A stretch of 64,000 nucleotides of DNA from an uncultured Chloroflexia bacterium (GTDB lineage Bacteria; Chloroflexota; Limnocylindria; Limnocylindrales; CSP1-4): positions 160,001-224,000 of the forward strand of contig CAVQJC010000017.1 in the NCBI GenBank assembly GCA_963712745.1, written 5' to 3'. The notes beneath the pieces are model-generated. The model had not been told where the DNA came from, searched no databases, and saw only the letters and a program-made list of their open reading frames with translations. The number at the start of each line of letters is the position of its first letter. Within the stretch, counting starts at the first letter, position 1. Below, piece after piece: positions 28,807 to 39,264 of this stretch. The translations under genes were made by a program, and so were the position numbers.

Positions 28807-30582
28807 GTGCCCTGGAGCCGACTGCTCGGCTACCTGCGGCCACAGCTGAAGCTCTTTGCGCTGGCGGTGGTGGCGCTGCTCATCTCCACCGGTTCAGGCC
28901 TGCTCCTTCCGCTCGTCATCGGTGGCCTCGTCAACGAGGTGGTTAGCGCCGGCGACGCGGCCGGCCTCGACCAGCTGCTGCTCGCACTGGTCGGCATCAC
29001 GCTCGTGCTGGCGGTGACCGGGTTCGTGCAGACATGGTCGCTGGGCGTCATCGGCGAGCGCATCGTGGCTCGTCTGCGGGCCCAGGTCTTCGACCGGCTG
29101 GTTACGCTGGAGCTCGACTTCTACGTGCGGCGCCGCGTAGGCGAGCTCATCTCGCGGCTCTCGAGCGACGTGACCCAGGTGCGCACGATGTTGACCCAGA
29201 CGCTGACCGCGCTGCTGTCGTCGCTGCTGGGGCTCATCGGTTCGATCGTGGTGCTCTTCCTGCTCAGTCCCGGCCTGCTCGTGGTGATCCTCGTGCTGGC
29301 GCCGGCTATCGTCATCATCGCCGTCGTCTTCGCCCGGCCGCTGCGCCAGCTATCGACCCGGGTGCAGGACGCTATCGCCGCTTCCACCACCACGGCCGAG
29401 GAGGCGCTGAGCGGGATCCGGGTGGTCAAGTCCTTTGGGCGCGAGGAGTGGGAGCGACATCGCTACGGCGAGGATCTGCGAGGTGTCGTGGGCATGGCCA
29501 CGCGGCTGGTGACCTGGCGCGGCCTCTTCGGCTCCATGATGACGGTGCTCGGCTTCGGCACGCTCATCATCCTGCTCTGGTTCACCGGACACCAGGTCAT
29601 CGAGGGCACCATCACCCTGGGCGCGCTCACGAGCTTCCTGCTCTACGGCATCACCATCGGCACCAGCCTCTCGTCGATCGCCGGCATCTACGGCCAATTC
29701 CAGGAGGGTGCCGGCGCCGTGGCCAGGGTCTTCGAGATCATCGACGAGCGCCCCACCATCCGTGAGGACGCTTCGGCCGCGCCCCTGGAGGCGGTATCGG
29801 GACGGGTCATCTTCGAGGGCGTCACCTTCGGCTACGGCGACGAACGCGCCGTGCTCCGTGACATCTCACTGGACATCGCGCCCGGCGAAGTGCTCGCGGT
29901 GGTCGGTCCGTCGGGCGCGGGCAAGACGACTTTCTGCAATCTCATCCCCCGGCTGTGGGACGTGTCGGAGGGCCGCGTGCTCGTCGACGGTCTTGATGTC
30001 CGCGATGTGCGTCTGCGCAGCCTGCGCGGTGCGGTCTCGCTGGTGCCCCAGGACGCGACCATCTTCGGCGGCACGGTCGAGGAGAACATCCGTTACGGCC
30101 GGCTGGACGCGACCGAAGAAGAGCTGGTGGCGGCGGCACAGGCGGCCAATGCCCACGACTTCATCAGCGCCCTGCCGCAGGGCTACGGGACGGTGGTGGG
30201 AGACCGTGGCACCAGGCTATCCGGCGGTCAGCGCCAGCGCGTGGCCATCGCCCGGGCCATCCTCAAGGACGCGCCCATCCTCATACTCGATGAGGCCACC
30301 TCCTCGCTGGACAATGAGTCCGAACGGTTGGTGCAGGAGGCGCTGGCGCGGCTCATGGTCGGGCGCACCACGGTGGTGGTGGCGCACCGGCTCTCCACTA
30401 TCCGGGCCGCCGATCGCATCGCGGTGCTCGACGATGGCTGGCTGCTGGAGCTAGGCACGCACGAAGAGCTGCTGGCGAAGGACGGGCTCTACGCTCACCT
30501 CTGGCGGCTGCAGGCGTCCGAGCGCCCGGCTACGTCGGAGGACGCCGGACTCACGGCGGAGGCAGCGACTCCGGCCGCGTGA
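28807..30582 (+). CDS. ABC exporter with fused permease and ATPase (MsbA-like)
   Basis: Transmembrane domain plus GPSGAGKT, LSGGQRQR and DEATSSLD. Confidence 0.92.
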   Translation: MPWSRLLGYLRPQLKLFALAVVALLISTGSGLLLPLVIGGLVNEVVSAGDAAGLDQLLLALVGITLVLAVTGFVQTWSLGVIGERIVARLRAQVFDRLVTLELDFYVRRRVGELISRLSSDVTQVRTMLTQTLTALLSSLLGLIGSIVVLFLLSPGLLVVILVLAPAIVIIAVVFARPLRQLSTRVQDAIAASTTTAEEALSGIRVVKSFGREEWERHRYGEDLRGVVGMATRLVTWRGLFGSMMTVLGFGTLIILLWFTGHQVIEGTITLGALTSFLLYGITIGTSLSSIAGIYGQFQEGAGAVARVFEIIDERPTIREDASAAPLEAVSGRVIFEGVTFGYGDERAVLRDISLDIAPGEVLAVVGPSGAGKTTFCNLIPRLWDVSEGRVLVDGLDVRDVRLRSLRGAVSLVPQDATIFGGTVEENIRYGRLDATEEELVAAAQAANAHDFISALPQGYGTVVGDRGTRLSGGQRQRVAIARAILKDAPILILDEATSSLDNESERLVQEALARLMVGRTTVVVAHRLSTIRAADRIAVLDDGWLLELGTHEELLAKDGLYAHLWRLQASERPATSEDAGLTAEAATPAA

Positions 30583-30997
30583 CGAACGGGTCGACGACCT
30601 CGACGCCGTCGAGATCTTGGCCATGCTGCAGATCCCCGGACAGCAGATACCGACAGCCTGCGGCGCGAGCCGCCGCCACGATCTGGGCGTCCCAGAAGTG
30701 CAGTCCGTAGCGGCCCTCGATGCGCCACGCGTCGTCCAACAGTGGCCCGTCCACGCGGACCGGCCGCCACGCCATCAGGTCGCGCACGTCGGCCTGGGCC
30801 GTGTCGCGGTCGAGCCCCGGAACGAGCTTGCGAGTCAGCCCGACGTAGTACTCGTGAAGCACCTGGAAGCTGAGCCGGGCTCTTCGCGTTTGCCACAGGC
30901 TGTCGACCCACGCCTGAGCCAGCGGTTGCCTGCGGGTCTCCGAGGCATCGCGGGCATAGAGCAGGACGTTGGTGTCAACGAAGACCGTCGCGGTCAT
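30551..30997 (-). CDS. vapC: PIN-domain VapC toxin
   Basis: VFVDTNVLLY..E..FWDA..SGDLQHG. Confidence 0.9.
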   Translation of the reverse strand: MTATVFVDTNVLLYARDASETRRQPLAQAWVDSLWQTRRARLSFQVLHEYYVGLTRKLVPGLDRDTAQADVRDLMAWRPVRVDGPLLDDAWRIEGRYGLHFWDAQIVAAARAAGCRYLLSGDLQHGQDLDGVEVVDPFVTRPESLPPP

Positions 30998-31214
30998 GGA
31001 GCTCCTCTCGCGACGGATATCGGCCAGATGTCTTCAGCACAGCTGTCGATCTTGCCTGGTAGCGAGCCATGGCCTCCGGGTATGACTCGTGTGCCGCCAT
31101 CGCACGCTCGAGCATCTCCCGCAGGAACGCGGACATGCTGACATCGTTTCGAGCAGCTTCGACACGAGCCCACCGTGCGGTCTTCTCGTCGAGTGTGACG
31201 GTCACGTTCTTCAT
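30975..31214 (-). CDS. Ribbon-helix-helix VapB-type antitoxin
   Basis: MKNVTVTLDEKTARWARVEAA..SMSAFLREML..SREELHDR. Overlaps vapC. Confidence 0.85.
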   Translation of the reverse strand: MKNVTVTLDEKTARWARVEAARNDVSMSAFLREMLERAMAAHESYPEAMARYQARSTAVLKTSGRYPSREELHDRDGLR

Positions 31215-31249
31215 GACACGAATCTCGTGGAACACGAAGATCGTGTCAA
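31215..31249 (-). promoter_or_regulatory. Leaderless sigma70 promoter with overlapping palindromic operators
   Basis: TTGACA-N17-GAGATT-N6-ATG, with two CACGA-N3-TCGTG palindromes. Confidence 0.75.
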
Positions 31250-31363
31250 GCCCCATCCGAGCGACGCCTCCTGGTTCCGATCTCGGCCTCCCTCGAGCTG
31301 GATCTCTTGCGCCGATCCCCCAGGGCGCGCCATGCCGCCCCGCCGCCGGTCTACGATGGAGAT

Positions 31364-32284
31364 GTGACCTCCCCGAGGACGATGCCGCGTTCATCCCTGC
31401 CTGCCACCGCGTCGGGCACGAATGTCCATGCCTACACGCCGGGCGACTGGGGTCTGCTGGTCGCCATCGCGCTCATCTGGGGCTCGTCGTTCCTGTTCAT
31501 GGAGATCGGCCTGCGCGCGTTCGAACCGGGAGTCATCACCCTCGCGCGTGTCGGGCTGGGAGCAGCCACGCTCGCGCTGTTCGCGAGGGCGAGGACGCCT
31601 GTCGAGCGGGCGGACTGGCCGCGGATCGCTGTCCTTGGGGTCGTCTGGATCGCGGTCCCCCTGACGATCTTTCCGCTCGCCCAGCAGTGGACGACCTCGA
31701 GCGTGGCCGGGATGATCAACGGGGCCATGCCGGTGTTCACCGTGCTGTGGGCCACCTACCTCATGCGCAGACTGCCCGGCTGGCGGCAGTTGCTGGGCAT
31801 CGGGCTGGGCTTCGTGGGCATGTTGCTGGTGTTCGTGCCCGAGCTGGAGGCCGGCCCGGACGAGATCCTGGGCGCACTGCTGGTCGTGGTGGCGGTCGCC
31901 TTCTACGGGCTGGCGGCCAACCTCTCGGTGCCGCTATCCCAGCGGTATGGCTCGCTGCCGGTGGTCTTCCGGGCGCAGCTCGTGGCGCTCGTCTTCGTGG
32001 CTCCGCTCGGGCTGCTGCAGCTGCCCGGCTCGTCGTGGGCGTGGGAGTCGGCGCTGGCGATGATGCCGCTGGGCGTCCTCGGCACCGGTGCCGCCTTCGC
32101 CTTCATGGCCACGCTGACTGGTCGCGTGGGTGGACCCAGGGCCTCGATCGCCATCTACTTCCTGCCCATCGTGGCCATCGTGCTCGGCGTCATCGTCCTC
32201 GAAGAGAGCGTCGCGCCGATCGCTCTGGCTGGCGTGCTGCTAGTCATGGCCGGCGCCTGGATCGCCTCGCGTCGCGAGGCCTAG
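31364..32284 (+). CDS. DMT/EamA family transporter
   Basis: LIWGSSFLF..R motif and about 10 TM segments. GTG lies 6 nt after TACGAT. Confidence 0.9.
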   Translation: MTSPRTMPRSSLPATASGTNVHAYTPGDWGLLVAIALIWGSSFLFMEIGLRAFEPGVITLARVGLGAATLALFARARTPVERADWPRIAVLGVVWIAVPLTIFPLAQQWTTSSVAGMINGAMPVFTVLWATYLMRRLPGWRQLLGIGLGFVGMLLVFVPELEAGPDEILGALLVVVAVAFYGLAANLSVPLSQRYGSLPVVFRAQLVALVFVAPLGLLQLPGSSWAWESALAMMPLGVLGTGAAFAFMATLTGRVGGPRASIAIYFLPIVAIVLGVIVLEESVAPIALAGVLLVMAGAWIASRREA

Positions 32285-32294
32285 CTTCCCCGAC

Positions 32295-32618
32295 CTACTT
32301 GGCTGCTGAGCCCTCCAGCGGATAACCCGCGGCCAGCCAGTCGGCCAGACCGCCAGGGTAGTGCCGCACGTCGGTGTACCCCGCGTCGGTGAGCTTCTGG
32401 GCCACGATTCGCGAGGCCGCGCACGATCGATCGGAGCAATACACGACGATGTGGTCGTCGTGGCTCAGCAGACCTGGCGCCTGCTCGAGCGCGAACAGCT
32501 GCACCGACCCGGGGATGTGGGCCTGCTCGAAGTGGGTCTCGTGCATGGCCATGACCAGCTTCAGGCCAGCCCCACCGTCTAGCGCCGACTTGAGCTCTTC
32601 GCGCTCGATCGTGTCCAT
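32295..32618 (-). CDS. Rhodanese-like domain protein
   Basis: HIPGS, IVVYC and YPGGLADW motifs. Confidence 0.88.
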   Translation of the reverse strand: MDTIEREELKSALDGGAGLKLVMAMHETHFEQAHIPGSVQLFALEQAPGLLSHDDHIVVYCSDRSCAASRIVAQKLTDAGYTDVRHYPGGLADWLAAGYPLEGSAAK

Positions 32619-32626
32619 AGGACAAC

Positions 32627-33463
32627 CTAGTGGAGCGCAGCGCGCTCGTCGTCGGTCGTCTCGCGCGGTGTCTTGCCCATGATGATCATGCCCAGCACGT
32701 CATCGGTGGTCACATCGTCCTTGTTCACCGTACCCACCAGGCGACCCTGCAGCATCACGCTGATGCGGTCCGAGAGGTCGAAGACATCGTGGATGTCGTG
32801 GCTGATGAGGAAGATACCGATGCCCTCTTCCTTCAGCTGCTTGACTAGGTCGCGCACCTGGGCGGTCTCGGCGGGGCCGAGTGCGGCGGTAGGCTCGTCC
32901 ATGATGAGGATCTTGGCGTTGAAGTGGACGGCGCGAGCGATGGCCACAGACTGCCGCTGTCCGCCCGATAGTGAGTGGACCGGCGACTTGAAGTTCTCGA
33001 AGCGTGGATTGAGTCGGCCCATGACCTCACGTGTCGCCGACTCCATCGCGGAGTCGTCGAGGGAACCAAGGCGTGTCACGATCTCGCGACCAAGGAAGAT
33101 GTTGGCTGCGGCATCCACGTTGTCCGCCAGCGCGAGCGTCTGGTAGATCGTCTCGATGCCGTACGCCTTCGCGTCGCGGGGGTTGGCGATGTGGGCCCGC
33201 TCTCCGTTCACGAGGATCTGGCCCGCGTCTGGCGGGCGGGCGCCGGAGAGGCTCTTCATGAGGGTCGACTTGCCGGCGCCGTTGCCCCCGACGAGGCCCA
33301 GGACCTCACCCGGGTTGAGCGTCACGCTCACGCCGTCGACGGCGTGGACGCCGCCGAATGACACACGGATGTCGCGCATCTCGACCAGTGGCGCACCACC
33401 CTCGGTCACGCCGGTGGCGGCCATATCGACCTTCGTCACGGTCGTCTCAGGTGCCTCGGTCAT
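32627..33463 (-). CDS. Sugar ABC transporter ATP-binding protein (XylG-like)
   Basis: [16 protein letters not shown] and MDEPTAALG motifs. Confidence 0.9.
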   Translation of the reverse strand: MTEAPETTVTKVDMAATGVTEGGAPLVEMRDIRVSFGGVHAVDGVSVTLNPGEVLGLVGGNGAGKSTLMKSLSGARPPDAGQILVNGERAHIANPRDAKAYGIETIYQTLALADNVDAAANIFLGREIVTRLGSLDDSAMESATREVMGRLNPRFENFKSPVHSLSGGQRQSVAIARAVHFNAKILIMDEPTAALGPAETAQVRDLVKQLKEEGIGIFLISHDIHDVFDLSDRISVMLQGRLVGTVNKDDVTTDDVLGMIIMGKTPRETTDDERAALH

Positions 33464-34773
33464 CGTGCTCTCCTTCTCACGACCTGGTCGATGCCGACAG
33501 CCACTACGAGCACGGCGCCGACAGCGATATCGATCATGGCGTTGTCAACGCGCATGAGCTGCAGGCCGGACACGAGGGACTGAACCACGAGTGCCCCGAG
33601 GATGGCGCCGGGGATGGTGCCGATGCCTCCGGCGAAGGAGGTGCCGCCGATGACGGCCGCTGCGATGACCGACAGCTCCGCCCCGAAGCCGAGGGTGGCT
33701 TCCGCGGCGTTCAGTCGGGCCGTCGCCACCACGGCCGCGACAGCCGCAAGGACGCCCATGATGACGAACGTGAGCGTGATGGTCCGATTGGTGTTGATGC
33801 CGGACAGCTCGGCAGCTTCGGGATTGCCGCCGATCGCGAAGACGTACCGCCCGAAGCGCCTGCGCGTGGCCAGGATGGTCATCACCAACGCCACACCGAG
33901 CATGATGAGCACGGGATTCGCCGATCCATGTCCGATGATGAGCCCACCTTCCGGTTCGACGACGCCGTTCGCCTCCGCCCAGCGACTGGCTACTCGCGAG
34001 GGCCAGGCGTAGCTGTTGGCGATGAAGACCGCTCCCATCACGACGACCACGCCGACGGTGCCGATGGCTACCTCAGCCCACATGGGGCGAACGGGAAATC
34101 CGTACTTCTGGCGACGGCGGCGAGCGGTGATAAGCGCATACACGATGCCGACGCAGACGAGGATGCCGATGACCAGGCTCATCGTCTCGCCGACCGAGCC
34201 CTCGGGCCCACCTCCCAGGAGCTTGAAAGTCGGGTCGAGTGGGGCGAGCGTGCGACCGCCGGCCATGGTCAGCATCATCCCCCGCCAGGCCAGCAGACCA
34301 CCGAGTGTGACGATGAAGGAAGGGATGCCGACGTACGCCACGAGCACGCCCTGGAGCGCTCCGATGCCGATGCCGATGGTGATGCCGACCGCGATGGCTG
34401 CGATCCACAGCCAGGAAAGGTCGACTCCGAGGCCCAGGTCGTTGGGGATCCACTGCGTCATCAGCAACGCCATCGACGTGCCGATGACCGCGACCATCGA
34501 GCCCACCGACAGGTCGATGTTGCGCGACACGATGACGAGCACCATGCCGGTGGCGAGGATGCCGACGAAGGCTGTCTGGACCGAGAGGTTCCAGAGGTTG
34601 CGTGGAGACAGGAAGAGACCGCCGGAGGCCACGTCGAAGGCGAACCAGATGACCACCAGGGCCACCAGCATGCCCACGAGGCGCGTATCGACCTCGAGCT
34701 TGCGAACGATGGTGGCGGCCGTCTGGGACGCGCTCTGGCCGCGTGAGGGCGGTTTGCCCGTTGCCTCGGTCAT
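33460..34773 (-). CDS. Sugar ABC transporter permease (XylH-like)
   Basis: [29 protein letters not shown] and [10 protein letters not shown] motifs. Confidence 0.9.
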   Translation of the reverse strand: MTEATGKPPSRGQSASQTAATIVRKLEVDTRLVGMLVALVVIWFAFDVASGGLFLSPRNLWNLSVQTAFVGILATGMVLVIVSRNIDLSVGSMVAVIGTSMALLMTQWIPNDLGLGVDLSWLWIAAIAVGITIGIGIGALQGVLVAYVGIPSFIVTLGGLLAWRGMMLTMAGGRTLAPLDPTFKLLGGGPEGSVGETMSLVIGILVCVGIVYALITARRRRQKYGFPVRPMWAEVAIGTVGVVVVMGAVFIANSYAWPSRVASRWAEANGVVEPEGGLIIGHGSANPVLIMLGVALVMTILATRRRFGRYVFAIGGNPEAAELSGINTNRTITLTFVIMGVLAAVAAVVATARLNAAEATLGFGAELSVIAAAVIGGTSFAGGIGTIPGAILGALVVQSLVSGLQLMRVDNAMIDIAVGAVLVVAVGIDQVVRRRAR

Positions 34774-34808
34774 CCAGTTCTTCTCCGCGCTGTGGCGCTA
34801 TGCATAAG

Positions 34809-34840
34809 GCCCCGTCCGGCGGTGGACCGCCGGACGGGGC
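34809..34840. terminator. Strong intergenic hairpin after the solute-binding gene
   Basis: GCCCCGTCCGGCGG-TGGA-CCGCCGGACGGGGC, a perfect 14-bp stem. Confidence 0.7.
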
Positions 34841-34871
34841 GCTTGATTGCTAGGTGGTGAGGCTCAAGCCT

Positions 34872-35987
34872 CTAGCAGCCCGGGACGGCTCCCGCCTCGA
34901 CGCCCTGACAGGCGACATCCTGCGGGATCCAACCTGAATCGATGGGGACGTTGAAGTTCTCCTGTGTCACGGGAAGCGGATTCAGCGTGATCGAACCCGG
35001 GAGCTCCACGCCGTTCGGCGTCGTGAACGACACGGCCTTGTCGCCGGCGGGCGGCTTGACGTAGTCGGGCAGGTCAGCCGGCGCTTCGATGTCGGTGATC
35101 GCCACGCCGTTGGCCATATCGACCGCGGCCTTGGCAGCGGTGCGGCCGAGGGCGAAGGCGTCCTTCCAGACCGAGACGGTCTGGTCGCCACGGGCGACAC
35201 GGTTGAGGGCGGCGAAGTCGCCGTCCTGGCCGGACAGCGGGATGCCCGTCAGGCCCTGTGCGTCGAGCGCGACGACGATGCCGGTGGCCATGCCGTCGTT
35301 CATCGACAGGACCGCATCGACCTCGTTGTTCGTCGCGGTCAGGCACTGCTCCATGTTGGTCGTGGCGTTGGCCGGTGCCCAGTCGTCGGTGAAAGTCTCA
35401 CAGACGATCTCGATGGCGCCCGAGTCGACCGCGTCCTTGATGACCTGGTCGTAGCCTTCCCGCAGGAAGAACTTGGCGTTGGCATCAGCCTCGTTGCCCT
35501 TGATGATGGCGTAGCGGCCCTCTGGCACGAGGCCGAAGATCTGCTCAGCTTGCATCCGGCCAACAGCGGTGTTGTCGAACGTGATGTAGAAGGCGCGTGG
35601 GTCCTCGATGAGGCGGTCGTAGGCGATGACTGGGACGCCCTCGTCGATGGCGGCCTGAACAGACGGGATGATGGCCGTACCGTCCTGGGCCAGGACGATG
35701 AGTGCGTCCACGCCCAGCGTCAGCAGCAGGTCGATATCGTCAGCCTGCTGCGCGGCCGAGGACTTCGCGTTGGTCGAAACGTAGCGGCCACCCAGCTCTT
35801 CGATGGTGTTCTTGATGGCGACCTCGTCGGCTCGCGCCCAGCGTTCCTCGTTGTAGTTGTTCCAGGAAACGCCCACGACCAGCTGATCGTCGTCCTGGGC
35901 GGCTACCGTGCCCATCGTGGCGACGGTACCTGCAGCCGCGACAGTCAGCGCCAGAAGCGCAGACACACCCTTATTGAAACTCCGCAT
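34872..35987 (-). CDS. D-xylose-type ABC solute-binding protein (XylF-like)
   Basis: Signal peptide, EERW..D, VIAYDRLI, FDN..VG, SGQDGD and QTVSVWK. Confidence 0.88.
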   Translation of the reverse strand: MRSFNKGVSALLALTVAAAGTVATMGTVAAQDDDQLVVGVSWNNYNEERWARADEVAIKNTIEELGGRYVSTNAKSSAAQQADDIDLLLTLGVDALIVLAQDGTAIIPSVQAAIDEGVPVIAYDRLIEDPRAFYITFDNTAVGRMQAEQIFGLVPEGRYAIIKGNEADANAKFFLREGYDQVIKDAVDSGAIEIVCETFTDDWAPANATTNMEQCLTATNNEVDAVLSMNDGMATGIVVALDAQGLTGIPLSGQDGDFAALNRVARGDQTVSVWKDAFALGRTAAKAAVDMANGVAITDIEAPADLPDYVKPPAGDKAVSFTTPNGVELPGSITLNPLPVTQENFNVPIDSGWIPQDVACQGVEAGAVPGC

Positions 35988-36175
35988 TCGCGGTCCTCCT
36001 ATACGTGGAACGTGGGGAAACGTCCCCGTTACTGTTGTGAATGCAGGCGTTCCCGCGGGAACGGCCTACTCCTCCACCGGTCATTACCGCACGTTCGGGA
36101 GTCGCGTGTCAAGGAACAGGCTCGAAGGCACGTTCAGAAGCGGCTCCATCGCCCGCCCCGCAGCTTCGCTGACAG

Positions 36176-37546
36176 CTACAGGACCATCGCTCGATCAGGT
36201 CGCAACAGGAACGGCGGCAGGTACGCGGGGAGGTTGGAGAACGGCAGCACGTCCGGGTGGAGATCGATGCCGAGGGCCTCGCGCATGAACGTCCGGCGTG
36301 CCTCGATGCGACCCCAAGCCTCTGGAAACCGCTGCGCGAACTCATCTCGCAGTGGTCGGTCGGCAAGCGCGACACCGCCCTCGATGTTGGTCGTGAAGTA
36401 GTCGCTCCCGGTGGCAGGGATGACATCGACCTGAATGGCCATGCCACTACGAAGTTCGACGCTCGATCCGGGCGCGACGGGAGAGCTGATCCACTCGTCG
36501 AGACCGATGAGGTGGCCGGGGTTCAGGAAGATGCCGAAGAACGGGTCGCCCAGGAGGCGATCGATGATTTCCTGGAGCGCCCCGCCCGTCTGTCCGATGT
36601 GCAACGCCTCGAGCCACTCGGCGATCGCTTCGAAGTACGGCGCCACTAGCCTGTCGACGTAATCGTGGATGTCGTGGGGCAGCTCGGTCGCGTCCTTGAC
36701 CACGAAGCCGGCGCGGCAGTCGAGGGCACCCCAGATGCCGAAGGCGGTCGTGAAAGGATCGCCTCGCCCGATGACCCGGTCGGTCGGGCTGTGGAGACCG
36801 AGCGACGCACGCGGGCCGCTTGAGAGCATGAGGTGACAGGAGAGGGGAGCGCCAGTCCACCGCAGGAGCTGGACAGCTTCCTGCTCGGTCATGCCTGGCC
36901 GCAGGCCTGTCAACAGCCGCTTGACCCCCTCCGAGGTGTGGCAGGCCGCGTACTCGAAGGCGGCCAGCTGCTCGACTTCATTGATGACGCGCAGGCCGCG
37001 TGCCGGGTCGATGAACAGGTCAGTCGCGTTCTCCACGACGCCGCTCGTGCCGACGGCTCCACGCAGCGCATCGACCAGGAAGGTAGGGATCTCCAGCCAG
37101 CCCCGGTCGGCAAAGGTCTTCCAGCCGACCACGCCGACCCGTGTGCCCGGCCCGATGCCCTCAGAAGCGAGGATCTCGTCCAGTGGTCGCGAGCGGTCTC
37201 GCGGCTGACCGCTCAAGCTCAGGTCCTGCCACAGCTCGATGCGCATCGGAAGCGGCGCTTCTGCTGCTATGGCCACGCATTCGTTGCCAGCGAGCAAGAG
37301 CGGCTCCGCTCGGCCGCTCAGGATGAGGACGGCCTCTTCGAACCGGGGGTCAAAGCCGCTCAGGTGGCTGAGGTTGGCGCTGTGCTCGCGATCGGCGTAT
37401 ACGACGAGGGCGTCGTAGCCACGCTCATGTGCCTCCGCTCTAGCTCGCTCGAGACGCGCGGCGTACAGCTTCGGTGGCAGCGTCGGCATGGCGCTGGGCA
37501 TCCCGAAATCGGGCAGCTCGACCTTCTCCAGCCGCGCTCGCGTCAC
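36176..37546 (-). CDS. M24/creatinase-fold (Xaa-Pro aminopeptidase-like) protein
   Basis: Creatinase-like N-terminus (YADREHSANL..GFDPRFEE), NPGHLIGLDEW and QVDVIP. Confidence 0.7.
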   Translation of the reverse strand: MTRARLEKVELPDFGMPSAMPTLPPKLYAARLERARAEAHERGYDALVVYADREHSANLSHLSGFDPRFEEAVLILSGRAEPLLLAGNECVAIAAEAPLPMRIELWQDLSLSGQPRDRSRPLDEILASEGIGPGTRVGVVGWKTFADRGWLEIPTFLVDALRGAVGTSGVVENATDLFIDPARGLRVINEVEQLAAFEYAACHTSEGVKRLLTGLRPGMTEQEAVQLLRWTGAPLSCHLMLSSGPRASLGLHSPTDRVIGRGDPFTTAFGIWGALDCRAGFVVKDATELPHDIHDYVDRLVAPYFEAIAEWLEALHIGQTGGALQEIIDRLLGDPFFGIFLNPGHLIGLDEWISSPVAPGSSVELRSGMAIQVDVIPATGSDYFTTNIEGGVALADRPLRDEFAQRFPEAWGRIEARRTFMREALGIDLHPDVLPFSNLPAYLPPFLLRPDRAMVL

Positions 37547-39186
37547 GGCGTTCCGTCGGGCGGCGCCAGCGGGAGGGGCGCGTCCTCGCTCCGCGCGATA
37601 CGGACACGTCGATCAGCCTCGACGGACATCCAGGGTCCAGTCTCGCCGTCGGGCCAGGTCACTCGAACCTCGGCGCTATCCGCGTCACCCAGGCCGAAGT
37701 GGATCGGTCCGAGCCCGCCGGAGGCATGTCCACCGCCGATGGTGACCTCACGCTCCATGGTGCCGCCGCCGGCGCGCACCTGGATCCAGGCACCGATGGC
37801 ATCGACGTTGGCATCATCCTGCTCCAGCTCGATCGCGAGCCAGTGACCCATCAGCTCGGGTTTGGCCGGCTTGCCGGCACCGATGTTGCGCCACAGCTTC
37901 ACCGGGACCGTGCGGTTCACCTCGACCAGGTCGAGCAAGCCGTCGAGGTTGAGATCCGCCAGGGCAGCGCCCCGGGTGCGCTCGTAGCTGAGGATGCCCG
38001 CGGTCTTGGCAGCCTCCTCGAACCGGCCCTTGGGGTTGCCCAGCAGCAGGTTGTTGGGATCGTTCTGCGCGTGCTCGGGCATGGCCTCGACGTTGCCCTT
38101 GGAGACGAAGAGATCGATGTTGCCGTCGTTGTTGACGTCGTCGAACTCGGCATGCCAGGCCGTCGATGGCAGGACCTCGCCGCCGGCGAAGGGGCGCGTG
38201 AGTGTCACATTGCGCTTCTGGGCGATGTCCCGGTATGAGGGGCGTGCCGGTCCATCAGCCAGTGTCTGAAGCTTGTTGTCGGCCATGCTCGAGACGAAGT
38301 ACTCGGGGTATCCGTCGCCGGTGAGATCATGGCTGGCGATGCCCATACCGAAGACCTGCAGTCGCTGCCAGCCTTCGTCACGCGTCCAGGCCGCCGGAGG
38401 CATATCAGGCTCGACCCGCCACAGCTGGTCCTCACCGTCGGTGTAGTACTGCTGGTCATTGGTGACACGCAGGTCCCGTCGCCCGCTGCGGTCCCAGTCG
38501 CTGAAGAGCAGTGAGAGCGGGCAGTAGGCCGGGCTCAGCTCCAGGGCGGGCCCGTAGAAGGCGGCCGCGGCAGGGCGGAACAGCGCGACCCCGTCGCAGG
38601 CCGGTACCTCACCAGGCTCCACGATGGTTTGATAGTCGCCCACGGCCAGCGTCGGAAGACCGGCTCCCGGTTCCCACTTGGCGCTGAAGGCCACGCTCCA
38701 GTCGTCATCGCCGTCGAAGCCCCAGGCCTCGTTGGCACGCTCGAAGCGGCACTCGCCGAGTCCTCGCAGGAGCACGTTCTCTCCACGCCGCAGGACCGCC
38801 AGGTCGACGGCGTTGTCGCCATCGATGTCGATGGCATAGGCGCCGGTGACGTCGGTCATGTCGGTCGAACCCTCATCGAGTCGGGTGAAGGCGAGTGCTC
38901 CGCCGACCGCACTCTCATTGTGATAGAGGCTGGCCGGTTCGGCACCGCCCGCGAAGAAGAGGTCAGGTCGGCCATCTGCATCACAGTCGAGCACAGCGAC
39001 GCCGCCCCCGACGTAGTACTGCCACGAACCGTCGTAGGTGTGCTCGATGCCGGCGGCCGCCGCCTCCTCGACGAACCTGGGCGCCTTCGGTGCGCTCTTG
39101 GCGCTCTTCGCCGCCAGGGTCGACGCCGGCGTTGCGAGGGCGATGATCAGGAGCGCCACGAAGATGGCGCGAAAGATGTGTCGCAT
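37543..39186 (-). CDS. CRTAC1/FG-GAP repeat protein with ASPIC/UnbV domain
   Basis: Repeated DxDGDxxxDL motifs, C-terminal HFGLG..V.VTWPDG, signal peptide. Confidence 0.88.
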   Translation of the reverse strand: MRHIFRAIFVALLIIALATPASTLAAKSAKSAPKAPRFVEEAAAAGIEHTYDGSWQYYVGGGVAVLDCDADGRPDLFFAGGAEPASLYHNESAVGGALAFTRLDEGSTDMTDVTGAYAIDIDGDNAVDLAVLRRGENVLLRGLGECRFERANEAWGFDGDDDWSVAFSAKWEPGAGLPTLAVGDYQTIVEPGEVPACDGVALFRPAAAAFYGPALELSPAYCPLSLLFSDWDRSGRRDLRVTNDQQYYTDGEDQLWRVEPDMPPAAWTRDEGWQRLQVFGMGIASHDLTGDGYPEYFVSSMADNKLQTLADGPARPSYRDIAQKRNVTLTRPFAGGEVLPSTAWHAEFDDVNNDGNIDLFVSKGNVEAMPEHAQNDPNNLLLGNPKGRFEEAAKTAGILSYERTRGAALADLNLDGLLDLVEVNRTVPVKLWRNIGAGKPAKPELMGHWLAIELEQDDANVDAIGAWIQVRAGGGTMEREVTIGGGHASGGLGPIHFGLGDADSAEVRVTWPDGETGPWMSVEADRRVRIARSEDAPLPLAPPDGTP

Positions 39187-39264
39187 GGTTCGGCCAGTCT
39201 ACGCGGGGCCGCGCCAAGGGCTGATTTCGGTAGTAGCATCTCGCTGGAGGATCACCCAGCAACG